This document shows, one piece after another, positions 9,727-19,368 of a stretch of DNA of 64,000 nucleotides (its first letter is position 1; every line of letters starts with the position of its first letter). A model generated the notes under the pieces. It worked only from the letters and a program-made list of their open reading frames with translations. It did no database searches and was not told where the DNA came from. Source of the stretch: a virus; the IMG/VR virus record IMGVR_UViG_3300026488_000012, positions 64,001-128,000 of that record; one strand, given 5' to 3'. A program made the translations under genes and the position numbers.

Positions 9727-10161
9727 ATGAAATATATAGATATATTTAAATTAACAGATGATAATGGTTATGTTAGGTTGGATAAGAATATATTAGAAGA
9801 GTTTAAATATACGGATGCTAATAATTCAGATAAGGAAATAGCTGAAGTTGGATTAGATATTAGGTCTTATGAAAGTCCAACGATTTTCGTGAAATATAGC
9901 GACCTTACGACTGTTATGGTTCCGTTATGTAATTTAGTGGACTTCTTGCATAAGAAATTTAAATCTAGAAACAGACATTATGTATATAAGAATACTTTTA
10001 CAAGAAAAGGTAAAGGTACAGTGGGGATTGGTTTTGGGTGTAAAGATGAATATTATACTTATTCCATTATTTCTAATAATCCTGACTTGGCATTTTTGTT
10101 CGCTATACAGTGGTATACTAATAAAATTAGAAAAGTTAGAAAGGAGGATAAGGCTGAATAG
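9727..10161 (+). CDS. Hypothetical protein
   Basis: 144 aa ORF, AAGGAG RBS, followed by hairpin and T-run. Confidence 0.8.
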   Translation: MKYIDIFKLTDDNGYVRLDKNILEEFKYTDANNSDKEIAEVGLDIRSYESPTIFVKYSDLTTVMVPLCNLVDFLHKKFKSRNRHYVYKNTFTRKGKGTVGIGFGCKDEYYTYSIISNNPDLAFLFAIQWYTNKIRKVRKEDKAE

Positions 10162-10194
10162 TCTTATCCTTTTTTTTTTAAGTTTGTATACTAA

Positions 10195-10215
10195 TATCTT
10201 ACTAAAATACATTAA
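10195..10215 (+). promoter_or_regulatory. Early-type promoter motif
   Basis: TATCTTAC-TAAAATACATTAA upstream of A-rich leader and AAGGAG. Confidence 0.6.
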
Positions 10216-10234
10216 AACAAAAAAAGGAGTGAAT

Positions 10235-10635
10235 ATGAAAAATGAAGAAAGATATGCAATCATTGATAGAGAAGAAAATAAAGTACTTTCAGAAGCGAAC
10301 AAGGTTCAGTATTTAAGCGGTGGTTATCACACATACAAAGAGCTGTATGACTATCGTATGGTATATAGTACTATTGCTTTTAACGCTTTATATTAACAAG
10401 GTTACAATGTGGTGAAGAGTTGGAGGCATGATGATGGCGAACTGTGTTTTGGCGGGAGCGGTTCGTGGTGTACTTGTTACACCCGGAAATCGGACAGATT
10501 TCGAACCATTACCCTACTGAGACATGGGAATTACTTAAGGTCCCTGAGGTTGAGACTGCTCCTAAATGGGACGGACATACGTCTCAAGAAGCATACGAGA
10601 GGTTACTAAAATTAATAGAGCCACAGGGGAAATAA
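10235..10635 (+). pseudogene. Disrupted WDGH-motif phage protein
   Basis: GYHTYKELYDYR ... in-frame TAA 10394-10396 ... VVKSWRHDDGELCFGG, then a -1 frame change near 10456 to ERFVVY...GQISNHY...APKWDGHTSQEAYERL; the pieces join into one recalled phage family. Confidence 0.75.
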
Positions 10636-10645
10636 CCCTGTAGCT

Positions 10646-10852
10646 CTACTTTTTCTTTTTATTTTTTCTCATGTTTTTAAAAGCTTTAGCTAAAGCTGCT
10701 CTTTTTCTAACAGTTTTACTAGGCGATTTTAAACCTTCATTTATGCAAGCTGTATTTACTTTACTATATCCTTTGCGTTTACAGTAAGCTCTAAACGCTC
10801 CAGGATGTTTAACCGCAGTCTTAACCCAGTTTTTATTTTGTTTCTTAGCCAT
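10646..10852 (-). CDS. Small highly basic protein (possible nucleic-acid-binding)
   Basis: 68 aa, AAGGAG RBS, K/R-rich, no acidic residue except one E; KNWVKTAVKHPGAF...RKRAALAKAFK pattern. Confidence 0.75.
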   Translation of the reverse strand: MAKKQNKNWVKTAVKHPGAFRAYCKRKGYSKVNTACINEGLKSPSKTVRKRAALAKAFKNMRKNKKKK

Positions 10853-10885
10853 AACTTACTCCTTAATTAAATATTCATTACAATC

Positions 10886-12109
10886 TTAAGTTTTCTTCAA
10901 TGCTAGACTATATACATAAACGATAAATGCTATAACATCTGCAACTATCATCCATTTTGTTTTTCTACCAGTTGCTTTTACAAATGTTTTAAATAATGTC
11001 TTCTTAATATTATCCATGTCTTTGTTTTTCACCTTACTACTACTCCAGTAGTTCTTAATATTTGTGATAATTAGATATATCTTAGTTTTGTCTAAAGGAT
11101 TTATTCCAAGTCTATTCAGGTACTCATAGTTTAGTATAATTGATTTCTCTAATATTTCTAACATATCCTTGGCTTTAATCAATTCTTCCTCTTCATCGTT
11201 TACTAATTCGTTAAGTGTTTTTAAAAGTAATCCCTCTGGTAAACTATTAAACATTCTCTCTATGAAACTTACTAATGGTTCGTCTATGAAATCTGTTTTA
11301 TTTATATACGTAGTTTTTATTTTCTCTATCATAGGTTTAACTCCAGTAGATACTTCTTTCATATTCCCGTCTTCGTAAAACATACTATCACTTTTTATAT
11401 GGTTAGTCTCTTCTAGGAGACCATACATAATCCTAGCAAGGTTTTTTAATACTGAGCGTATCTTAGTTTGTAGTGTGATGATTATATTAATAGCGTCTTC
11501 TGTAGAATATCTTATTAACCTCTTATAGTATATACCGTTCTTCTCTATAAAGTCGTCTATCCTTTTCTCGAAGAACTGTTCCCAGTTGTCTAACTGTTTT
11601 ATTAAGTATTTATTACTTAACTTCTGTAATGCTGTTATAGCTATTTCCTTACCAAAAGGAAATCTGAACATATGAGTATGGATACTACAGAACATACGGT
11701 ATTCCATTATTAACAAAGGTTCTAGAAGATATTTTCTAAGTTTCTCCTTATTTTTATTTATTTTAGGATCAGTAATCCATACATGCATAGTGTATAATAA
11801 CAAATGGTATATAAAGTTACTAGATACTTTTCTATCAGGGTCTATACCTTTTACTTTTTTAATTTCCTCTACACAGTAGTTTAAGTCTAAGTTATAGATA
11901 TTTTCTACTAACTCTATATCGTCCAAGCTACTGAATCTTACTTTATATACTCCTACTAACTTATCTCCAAAGAACTCTATATGGTCTTGGTTCTTTACCA
12001 TAAATGCTCTTCTGAAATGGTATAACTCTTTCCATAACCTATCGTCAAGCTTTTTATTTTTAAGTAGAATAGAGAAGAACTCTTTTAAGTCTTTATATTT
12101 TTTCTCCAT
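10886..12109 (-). CDS. Conserved phiKZ-like virion structural protein
   Basis: 407 aa; motif KNQDHIEFFGDKLVGVYKVRF recalled from phiKZ-like structural proteins; AAGGA RBS. Confidence 0.6.
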   Translation of the reverse strand: MEKKYKDLKEFFSILLKNKKLDDRLWKELYHFRRAFMVKNQDHIEFFGDKLVGVYKVRFSSLDDIELVENIYNLDLNYCVEEIKKVKGIDPDRKVSSNFIYHLLLYTMHVWITDPKINKNKEKLRKYLLEPLLIMEYRMFCSIHTHMFRFPFGKEIAITALQKLSNKYLIKQLDNWEQFFEKRIDDFIEKNGIYYKRLIRYSTEDAINIIITLQTKIRSVLKNLARIMYGLLEETNHIKSDSMFYEDGNMKEVSTGVKPMIEKIKTTYINKTDFIDEPLVSFIERMFNSLPEGLLLKTLNELVNDEEEELIKAKDMLEILEKSIILNYEYLNRLGINPLDKTKIYLIITNIKNYWSSSKVKNKDMDNIKKTLFKTFVKATGRKTKWMIVADVIAFIVYVYSLALKKT

Positions 12110-12194
12110 ATTTTTCCTTTAAAATGTTTTTACTTCAACGGATTTTAAAGATATATCCTTAGTAAGAAACAATACAAAGTAAAAGGAGTTAGAT

Positions 12195-12719
12195 ATGAAC
12201 AGAAGTTTAAGTCTGCCTGAAGTAATTTCACATATTTCGCATAACGGAATATCAAAACTGATGGAGACAGAGAAAACTATTAACATAACAACTGACGAGT
12301 ATTTGATAGTTAACGTTAAAGACGATTATGACGAATATTTAAAATTAAATAACATAAATTACCCTGGTGATACTGATTTTATAGACCTATATGTAGTTTA
12401 TGATTTAAATAAAAATTATTTAGTTATACCAGACATGTCTATGGACTATAAGATATTTAACGAGGTAATAGCTAATAACACCAGACTATATGTCGAATTA
12501 TTGGAGAATATAAGTTCATTACCTCTATATGAAGAATTCCTAGAAGGTATGATAAATGATGACTTTGTGATAGAATTAATTAATAAAGAGACTGAAAAGT
12601 TGTTTAAAGCTACACTAAAGAGCATCAACGAGTATAAATTTAGAATAATCGTAAAGGACGATAAAGATAATACAATAATGAGTCTTTTAAGAGACAGAGT
12701 TAATAAATTACCAAGTTAA
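12195..12719 (+). CDS. Hypothetical protein
   Basis: 174 aa ORF, AAGGAG RBS. Confidence 0.8.
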   Translation: MNRSLSLPEVISHISHNGISKLMETEKTINITTDEYLIVNVKDDYDEYLKLNNINYPGDTDFIDLYVVYDLNKNYLVIPDMSMDYKIFNEVIANNTRLYVELLENISSLPLYEEFLEGMINDDFVIELINKETEKLFKATLKSINEYKFRIIVKDDKDNTIMSLLRDRVNKLPS

Positions 12720-12744
12720 TTTTAATTCTAATTTTGATTAGTAG

Positions 12745-12765
12745 TATATTACTAAGTTGTAAAAA
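12745..12765 (+). promoter_or_regulatory. Early-type promoter motif
   Basis: Exact TATATTAC followed by TAAGTTGTAAAA and an A-run leader. Confidence 0.7.
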
Positions 12766-12788
12766 AATAAAAAAAAAAGGAGTCAAAA

Positions 12789-13634
12789 ATGAAAAGAACC
12801 ATTAATATTGAAAAAGTAGTAACGTGGTTACGTGGTGTATTGGCAGATGTTGATAACGTAGTAGTAGATATGGAGGTTGTGAGTAACGAAAATTATGTAA
12901 ATGTAAAACATCCTACGGGTGAGTTAATCATAGAAGGTGGGATTGTTAATACTAGAATTAACGACATAGATTATGAATTAGAACTTAAAGATGTTGATTA
13001 TTCTAGGATTCTGGATATCATAGTGAGTCCTGGAGTAGATATCTCTAAGGAGATTTTAGGACGAATCGAATATTTAGAGAATATCGGAGAAGATTGTACG
13101 GATTTTGTAGGTTTCTCTAGAGGTGAATATATGGAATTCGTCATATGTGACACGTCTAGGTATATAAAAGGTGTCGTAAAATTCAGAAAAGTGAAAGAAG
13201 GCGTTATAGAGGTTACGGACATACTCAACGATTATAAGTATGTGATTAGAAAATATAGTAACAAACTTGATAAAATAACCTATAGAAATATTAACGTATT
13301 AATACCTAAAGGGTTATATAATAGAATAGAGGAAGTTATAAATAAAGGTATCTGCGATATTAAAGAAGTACTAAGATGGATTAAGACGGTTGTTAATAAT
13401 ATTAACAATGATGAACTGGATATAAAAGATATCGTCGATGTAGAAAACATTGGTACCGACCAACCAGTTCTAAAGATAAAGCACAATGGAACATATTTTA
13501 ATATATCGGATGTTATAGAATTTGGATACGAAGACAAGAATTGTACATTCGAGTTTAACTTACACTCAGCTGAATATATGGAGATAATGGATGTAGCGAA
13601 CGAGCTATATACAAAGTATATTGATCAGAAGTAG
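12789..13634 (+). CDS. Hypothetical early protein, paralog of 7686..8258, with internal domain repeat
   Basis: 281 aa; IEKVVTWLRGVL (N-term) resembles IKEVLRWIKTVV (C-term) and VKNITKWLKEVL in the 7686 ORF. Confidence 0.8.
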   Translation: MKRTINIEKVVTWLRGVLADVDNVVVDMEVVSNENYVNVKHPTGELIIEGGIVNTRINDIDYELELKDVDYSRILDIIVSPGVDISKEILGRIEYLENIGEDCTDFVGFSRGEYMEFVICDTSRYIKGVVKFRKVKEGVIEVTDILNDYKYVIRKYSNKLDKITYRNINVLIPKGLYNRIEEVINKGICDIKEVLRWIKTVVNNINNDELDIKDIVDVENIGTDQPVLKIKHNGTYFNISDVIEFGYEDKNCTFEFNLHSAEYMEIMDVANELYTKYIDQK

Positions 13635-13735
13635 TAGAAGAGGTAGTTAAACTACCTCTTCATTCGTATTTCTTTTTTCCAAGGAGGATTAACAATGTCA
13701 GATATTAATGAGATTAAAAATGAAAGGATTGTAAA

Positions 13736-15541
13736 ATGTCAGAGAGAATTTCAAGAAAGGAGTTACTGGATGTAGCGAAGAGTAACAGTACTGAGTTATT
13801 AATACCAAATAGGACAGTGTATAAATATGTTTTAGAGAAGACTAAGAGTAGAGAGAGAGCTACTATAGTTGGTAATAGATACAAGAACACATATCATTAT
13901 CAGAAGTACTACACCACTCCTTTGTCAGTAATAATGTCTGCTAAGTTTATAAAGAAACTACCTGATATAGATAAAGCTATAGATATCGTAGATAAACATA
14001 TTAACAATAACTCCAGGATATTACAAGTTACTGATTATGACGTCGACGGTATTACTGCTGGAGTTATAGGACATAAGATATTTAAAGGTATATTTAAGTA
14101 TAAGAGATTTAAGGTAATGATTAATAAGAGAGACTGGAAGAACGGGATGAATGAAACCATAATAAATAAGATACTTGAAGAACATAAACGTAAGCCTATA
14201 GGGTTAATTATTACATCTGATCACGGAAGTTCGGATGGAGATAGACTTAAGAGACTAAAAGAGGCTGGTATAGACGTTATAGTAACAGACCATCATATAC
14301 CATCAAATACTAATAGTCCAGAAGGTATAGTAGACGCATTTGTAAATCATAAGAGAAGTGAATCTCTTTATACTTCAGATATAACAGGAGCAGCTGTTTT
14401 ATTCTTTACTTATTACTATTATTATCTAAAAAAGAGAAAAGTAACTAAGGACATGATAGACAAGTTCTATACACTACTTATATATGTAGGATTGACTGTT
14501 ATATCAGATAGTGTAGATTTATCAGAATGGGTTAATAGAAAGATTGTAAAATATATGTTAAATAGACTTAATAGTAATAAAAGCATAGATCCTTTCTGGG
14601 ATGTAGTTAGAGATGAAATATTTTCTACTTGGTTTATAGATCAGGAATTACTATCGTTTAACCTTATTGCCAAATTAAATAGTCCTGGTAGGATACATGA
14701 CCCTACTTTAACTTTTAGACTTATGGTATCTGATAATAAAAAAGAAACAGAAGAACTACTTAGTGAAGTAACTGAGATAAATAATAAAAGAAAAGAGATA
14801 CAGAACGAAGCTATAGATGATTTAGAAATAGAGTATGTTAATAATAACTTAACTATTGCATATAGGGATGGATTATCTGGTATACAGGGTATTATAGCTA
14901 GTAAGCTTATGTTTAGGAACTCTACTCCTATTTCATTTTGTTTCACAGATACAGAGGATGGAGTAGTCGTGGGTTCTGGAAGGTCACTAACAGAGGATTA
15001 TAACTTAGTGGAGATATTAAGAGAACTAAAAAATAAACCATACGTGTTAAATTTCGGAGGACATGCCGGTGCTTGTGGTATAGATATAAAGAAAGATTGT
15101 ATCTATAATTTTATTAAAGATATCAACGACGTAATGGAAAGAAAATATAAAGGTATAAAAACTAAACTAAAAATAGATGATATTATTACTACTGATAAAC
15201 AACTTAATAAAGTATTCTTCGCTAACTTATCAGAAAGTCCATATGGACAAGGATATCCTAAACCTATGTATTTATCTAAATTTAAAGTAGTGTCTAAGCG
15301 ACTTTTTGAAAAACATAAAAATAACTTTCTAGTAGCCACTGTAAGATTAGTTACTAATAACGGATTAGGTCACGCATATAAGCTACTATATAGTCTTAGT
15401 GCGAATGAACTTAATATAATAAATAGAAAAGATTTAGAATATTTGATTATAATATATAGTATAGGTCTTAATAGTTTTAAAAGAAACAATGAACTCAGTA
15501 TAGCTGTAGAAAAGATACTCTCGGTAGAATATACCGAGTAG
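13736..15541 (+). CDS. recJ: RecJ-like ssDNA 5'-3' exonuclease (DHH/DHHA1 family)
   Basis: 601 aa; DYDVDG, ITSDHG, VTDHH, TVISD, GSGRS and FGGHAGACG motifs in canonical order. Confidence 0.88.
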   Translation: MSERISRKELLDVAKSNSTELLIPNRTVYKYVLEKTKSRERATIVGNRYKNTYHYQKYYTTPLSVIMSAKFIKKLPDIDKAIDIVDKHINNNSRILQVTDYDVDGITAGVIGHKIFKGIFKYKRFKVMINKRDWKNGMNETIINKILEEHKRKPIGLIITSDHGSSDGDRLKRLKEAGIDVIVTDHHIPSNTNSPEGIVDAFVNHKRSESLYTSDITGAAVLFFTYYYYYLKKRKVTKDMIDKFYTLLIYVGLTVISDSVDLSEWVNRKIVKYMLNRLNSNKSIDPFWDVVRDEIFSTWFIDQELLSFNLIAKLNSPGRIHDPTLTFRLMVSDNKKETEELLSEVTEINNKRKEIQNEAIDDLEIEYVNNNLTIAYRDGLSGIQGIIASKLMFRNSTPISFCFTDTEDGVVVGSGRSLTEDYNLVEILRELKNKPYVLNFGGHAGACGIDIKKDCIYNFIKDINDVMERKYKGIKTKLKIDDIITTDKQLNKVFFANLSESPYGQGYPKPMYLSKFKVVSKRLFEKHKNNFLVATVRLVTNNGLGHAYKLLYSLSANELNIINRKDLEYLIIIYSIGLNSFKRNNELSIAVEKILSVEYTE

Positions 15542-15609
15542 TATCTTTTTTATTTTTTACGCTGTAACCTCGGGATAGCTTGATGTTATACCATACCAAG
15601 GAGAATATT

Positions 15610-16497
15610 ATGTATGTTTATGTTACTGATTATATAGTTGCTAGAATTAGTGATAAACAGAATAAAACAGATTCAGAAACAGATACTTCTAAAAAGACTA
15701 ATCATATAGTCTTCAAAGATAAAGAATACTCGTCTATATTAACAAGTAATATTGATAAAGTTACTTATGTTACGCCTAATGAAATTATAAGACACGTGAT
15801 AGGATTAGGTATAAATGAATTCAACGCTATACTTAACAAATATGACATAGTGTTTGATTTTAAAGATGAGATGTTGGATAATAGGGATTATTTAAAGTTA
15901 ATAGTAAAATCTAAATACGAGATGGATTTCACACAGGGATATGATAGCTTAGTTATGTCCATACCGAATACGAGTAAATTACTTATTATAACTCCTTCAT
16001 TAGTTAAACTACTGTATAGTAAATTACACAGTAATCTAGGATTTGAGTTCATAGGAGAGGTTGTAAAATCTCCATATAAGATATTTATGTATACGGTTGA
16101 TATTATGGAAAAAGTACCGATGAAGTATATGGATAACATAGATATTATCTATGATGTTTTTGGTAAATATCAAGAAACATTTAGAAACTTGGATAGAGTT
16201 TTTCAATTAGCTATAAAGGACCTTAAACAACGTAAAATCGATGATAAATTTATGAATGAAGTTAATAATATATATAATATTTATAGAAAAATGATTAGAA
16301 CTACGCCAACTATTTCAGAGTTGATTATAAAAATAGATTTACATACGAACAATTGGAAGTTCAAGAAGAACATTAAAACCGGAAATACTAAGGCTATACT
16401 TATAGACCCATTTGTTTTGTTTATAGAAAATCTAGAGGTTTATTTAGATGTACAGAAAAACTTACATAAAGAGTTAAGAAAAGCTAAGATATTTTAA
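15610..16497 (+). CDS. Putative atypical Ser/Thr protein kinase (T7 gp0.7-like fold)
   Basis: Catalytic loop IDLHTNN, metal-binding LIDPF, P-loop remnant QGYDSLV; ATG 15610 behind AAGGAG. Confidence 0.6.
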   Translation: MYVYVTDYIVARISDKQNKTDSETDTSKKTNHIVFKDKEYSSILTSNIDKVTYVTPNEIIRHVIGLGINEFNAILNKYDIVFDFKDEMLDNRDYLKLIVKSKYEMDFTQGYDSLVMSIPNTSKLLIITPSLVKLLYSKLHSNLGFEFIGEVVKSPYKIFMYTVDIMEKVPMKYMDNIDIIYDVFGKYQETFRNLDRVFQLAIKDLKQRKIDDKFMNEVNNIYNIYRKMIRTTPTISELIIKIDLHTNNWKFKKNIKTGNTKAILIDPFVLFIENLEVYLDVQKNLHKELRKAKIF

Positions 16498-16563
16498 TTT
16501 CCAAATTTAAACGGATATAACTTATTAATCTGCAATAAGAAAAATAAAAAAAAAGGAGTCAAA

Positions 16564-17607
16564 ATGGCAAGATTAGAAGGAAAATTAATTATTCATGGCG
16601 TAGGTGGAGCAGGAATTAATATAGCGTCAGATGTGCTAAGAGGGTTAGAAAACTATAACGAAATTTCAGATATAGAAATCTATACTCTAGACAGTACAGA
16701 TAAAACTATCCAAAAACATCCAGAATTAGAAGAAACATTTATGAAAATAACATCCGGTAAAAGAAGCGGCACACAGATAGATGGTGCTGCTGGTGAGAGG
16801 AAAAATACAGAACTGGTAAAGATTTATTCTGAAAATGTTAAAAACTACATGGATGAGTTTGAGTTTACTAAACCGAACACCAACGAATTCCATGTAGTTA
16901 TATTCAGTGGTTCAGGAGGTACTGGTAGTGTAGCAGGACCTTTACTAATTCAAGAGTTGATACAGACAGGTAATATCGTCTATCCTATAGTGATAGGGGA
17001 TGCGTCTAACTTATTATTTATAACAAATACCATTAATACATTATCAACTATAGAAAGAATCGCTACTAAAAATAAAGTAGCAATTCCATTTACTTTTTAC
17101 AATAATACTATAAATGGTGTTACGAATATGCAAACTGAAAAGGAGATTAATAATAGGGTTATTAAGATGCTGTATCTGATAAGCATCGGTATTTCTGGAA
17201 ATATCCAGAATATAGACTTACAAGATATGAGGAATTTTATGCAGCCGTCTCTGTATAAAACTATCAGAGTTCAAAATGGTGCATATGGTCTACACGTAGT
17301 TAGAAAGACTTTGGATGTGGAAGATGCAATTATAGCTAGAACCGTCACTACAGAAGAATTCGATATAGATATCAAATCTGATCTCCTACACAATAAAGTA
17401 GGTATTCTTCTCTCAGAAGAAGCTATCGAAACATTGGGAGACCAATTACCAGTGTATCTGTATCTAAGAACTAATACACTGGTAGACACTGTTGAGGAGT
17501 TAGAAGAGACCTATGAAAAATTAGAAGAGAAGACTAGAAAGAAGAGAAGGTCTCTCAGGTCTAATCTAAACAACGTAGAAGACGATGATACAGGATTGGT
17601 ATTGTAA
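16564..17607 (+). CDS. phuZ: PhuZ phage tubulin (tubulin/FtsZ GTPase)
   Basis: 347 aa; GVGGAGINIA, signature SGSGGTGSVAG, T7-like loop NIDLQDMRNF, acidic tail DDDTGLVL; own early-type promoter (~16518-16538). Confidence 0.93.
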   Translation: MARLEGKLIIHGVGGAGINIASDVLRGLENYNEISDIEIYTLDSTDKTIQKHPELEETFMKITSGKRSGTQIDGAAGERKNTELVKIYSENVKNYMDEFEFTKPNTNEFHVVIFSGSGGTGSVAGPLLIQELIQTGNIVYPIVIGDASNLLFITNTINTLSTIERIATKNKVAIPFTFYNNTINGVTNMQTEKEINNRVIKMLYLISIGISGNIQNIDLQDMRNFMQPSLYKTIRVQNGAYGLHVVRKTLDVEDAIIARTVTTEEFDIDIKSDLLHNKVGILLSEEAIETLGDQLPVYLYLRTNTLVDTVEELEETYEKLEEKTRKKRRSLRSNLNNVEDDDTGLVL

Positions 17608-17658
17608 TACCAGTCCTTCTTTATTTTTTTTTTGATTAAATTAAAACAAGGAGTGATT

Positions 17659-19278
17659 ATGTTAGCTAAATATCTTACTAAGAAAAAAGATATCGATTTT
17701 GTAAAAGACTTAATTAAAATAATGAATAAAATTGTAGAGTTAGGGTATAAGAGTAAAAAGCGTAAAAATGTGATGTTAAAGGATAGTGAGAAAATATCTA
17801 AAGAGTTCACTAAGCTTATGGAAAGAAGATTCGGGATAAGAGCTAAGTTAGACTTAAAAAGAGGTAACACTATAGCAACCATACCTCCCGTTACAGCTTT
17901 AGATTCTGTTGTGTCTGAGTATAATTATAAGAAAGCGATACAGGACCACGCTGCGATATCCGGTACTAACGATCCTATAGTTAAAATGTATGAGAGAAAT
18001 AATGAAATATTAAGAGAATTTGGTAAGATAGAGATAGATATGGATTCCCTGTTTATACATACAGATGAACCTTTAGAATCTTTCGTATTAATAGACCCTG
18101 TGTTTGTTGTTGAAAACGGTATAACACCTACTGAGTTAGCTGCTACAGTCTTACACGAAATAGGACACGACTTTGAGTATATAAGATATCAAGCGTATTT
18201 ATCTGTACAATATGTTAGAATATCGGATAAGATTAAAGAAGTAATTGACGGCAAAAAAGGAGTTATTGAGCTTATATTAGAATTAGAAAACACTAAAGAT
18301 ATAGAAGTTAGTGAATTAACATTTAGCGATAAAGTAGAATTGATTATGAGACTTCCAGATAAACTATTAGAAGATTTCTCTGAGGAATATAGAAAAAAAT
18401 ATATATTACCGTCTAAGGTTATTTCTAGAATTAAAGAATTCGAAATAAGAGCTGATGATTTTGCTTGCAGATTTGGTTTAGAGAAGGAGCTAGCTACAGG
18501 ACTTCAAAAGTTATTTACTGTAAGAAATGTTTTAGATACCTTAACAGCGTCTTTTTCAGCAGTAGGTACTCCTGTTAGATTTTTATATAGGAAGTTCATC
18601 GGTATAAGAAGTATCTTTGATATATATGTGATATATCTACTCGAGACATTTGTATTACATAGCTTAACAGCTTTTCTATCGGAAGTTATAAACTCAGAGT
18701 TAGGTGAAGATGAGAGAAGATTTGCATTAAAAGCAAGTAGAGTATTAACATTCTTATTGTTCACTTTTAAAATTTACGATAATGCTAGTATGTTGATTCA
18801 GATAAAACGTTTATTCGGTAATCAAGCATTTTTTAAATTAACCGCATATGGTTTAGCATACTCGTTGATAACGGTATTTATTTCTTATAATGCTGTATAT
18901 TCTAAAGATGATGAAAGTACATTATGGTATATGGTAATGGGTGATAGCACTATCTATGAAAATCCAGTTAAAAGATTAGAAAATATTAAAAGAAGTATAA
19001 TAAGTAAACTTAAAACAATAGATGATAAAGAGATACAGAAAGAGATGCTTGACGAATTATACGAAATCGAGAGAATAATTTTAGATTCCAAACAAGAGCT
19101 AAATAAATTGTTTATTAGTATTCTAGATATAGTATTACCTAGCTATACGTTTAAAGAAAAATCGGAGATGAATCCTATGTATATCTTAGAAATGTTAAAT
19201 AGGAAACATATAAATAATGACTTATATGTTAAATCAGTAGAGATATCTTTAATTCCAAACGATGCTAGTGATAAATAA
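17659..19278 (+). CDS. HEXXH zinc-metalloprotease-like membrane/virion protein (paralog 1)
   Basis: VLHEIGH, downstream EIRADDFA (M48/M56-type third ligand), several hydrophobic helices; ATG 17659 behind AAGGAG. Confidence 0.7.
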   Translation: MLAKYLTKKKDIDFVKDLIKIMNKIVELGYKSKKRKNVMLKDSEKISKEFTKLMERRFGIRAKLDLKRGNTIATIPPVTALDSVVSEYNYKKAIQDHAAISGTNDPIVKMYERNNEILREFGKIEIDMDSLFIHTDEPLESFVLIDPVFVVENGITPTELAATVLHEIGHDFEYIRYQAYLSVQYVRISDKIKEVIDGKKGVIELILELENTKDIEVSELTFSDKVELIMRLPDKLLEDFSEEYRKKYILPSKVISRIKEFEIRADDFACRFGLEKELATGLQKLFTVRNVLDTLTASFSAVGTPVRFLYRKFIGIRSIFDIYVIYLLETFVLHSLTAFLSEVINSELGEDERRFALKASRVLTFLLFTFKIYDNASMLIQIKRLFGNQAFFKLTAYGLAYSLITVFISYNAVYSKDDESTLWYMVMGDSTIYENPVKRLENIKRSIISKLKTIDDKEIQKEMLDELYEIERIILDSKQELNKLFISILDIVLPSYTFKEKSEMNPMYILEMLNRKHINNDLYVKSVEISLIPNDASDK

Positions 19279-19368
19279 CTAAAATATACAAAAGGTAGGG
19301 GATAAAAACCCCTACCTTTTTTAATGTTCTTTGTTTTCACTGAATATTACAAACAAAAAGGAGAGTAT

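Noticed and set aside
9980-10234. N-terminal 85 codons of track ORF 9980..10396
   Set aside because: Overlaps the 9727 gene and its terminator; promoter and RBS point to ATG 10235.
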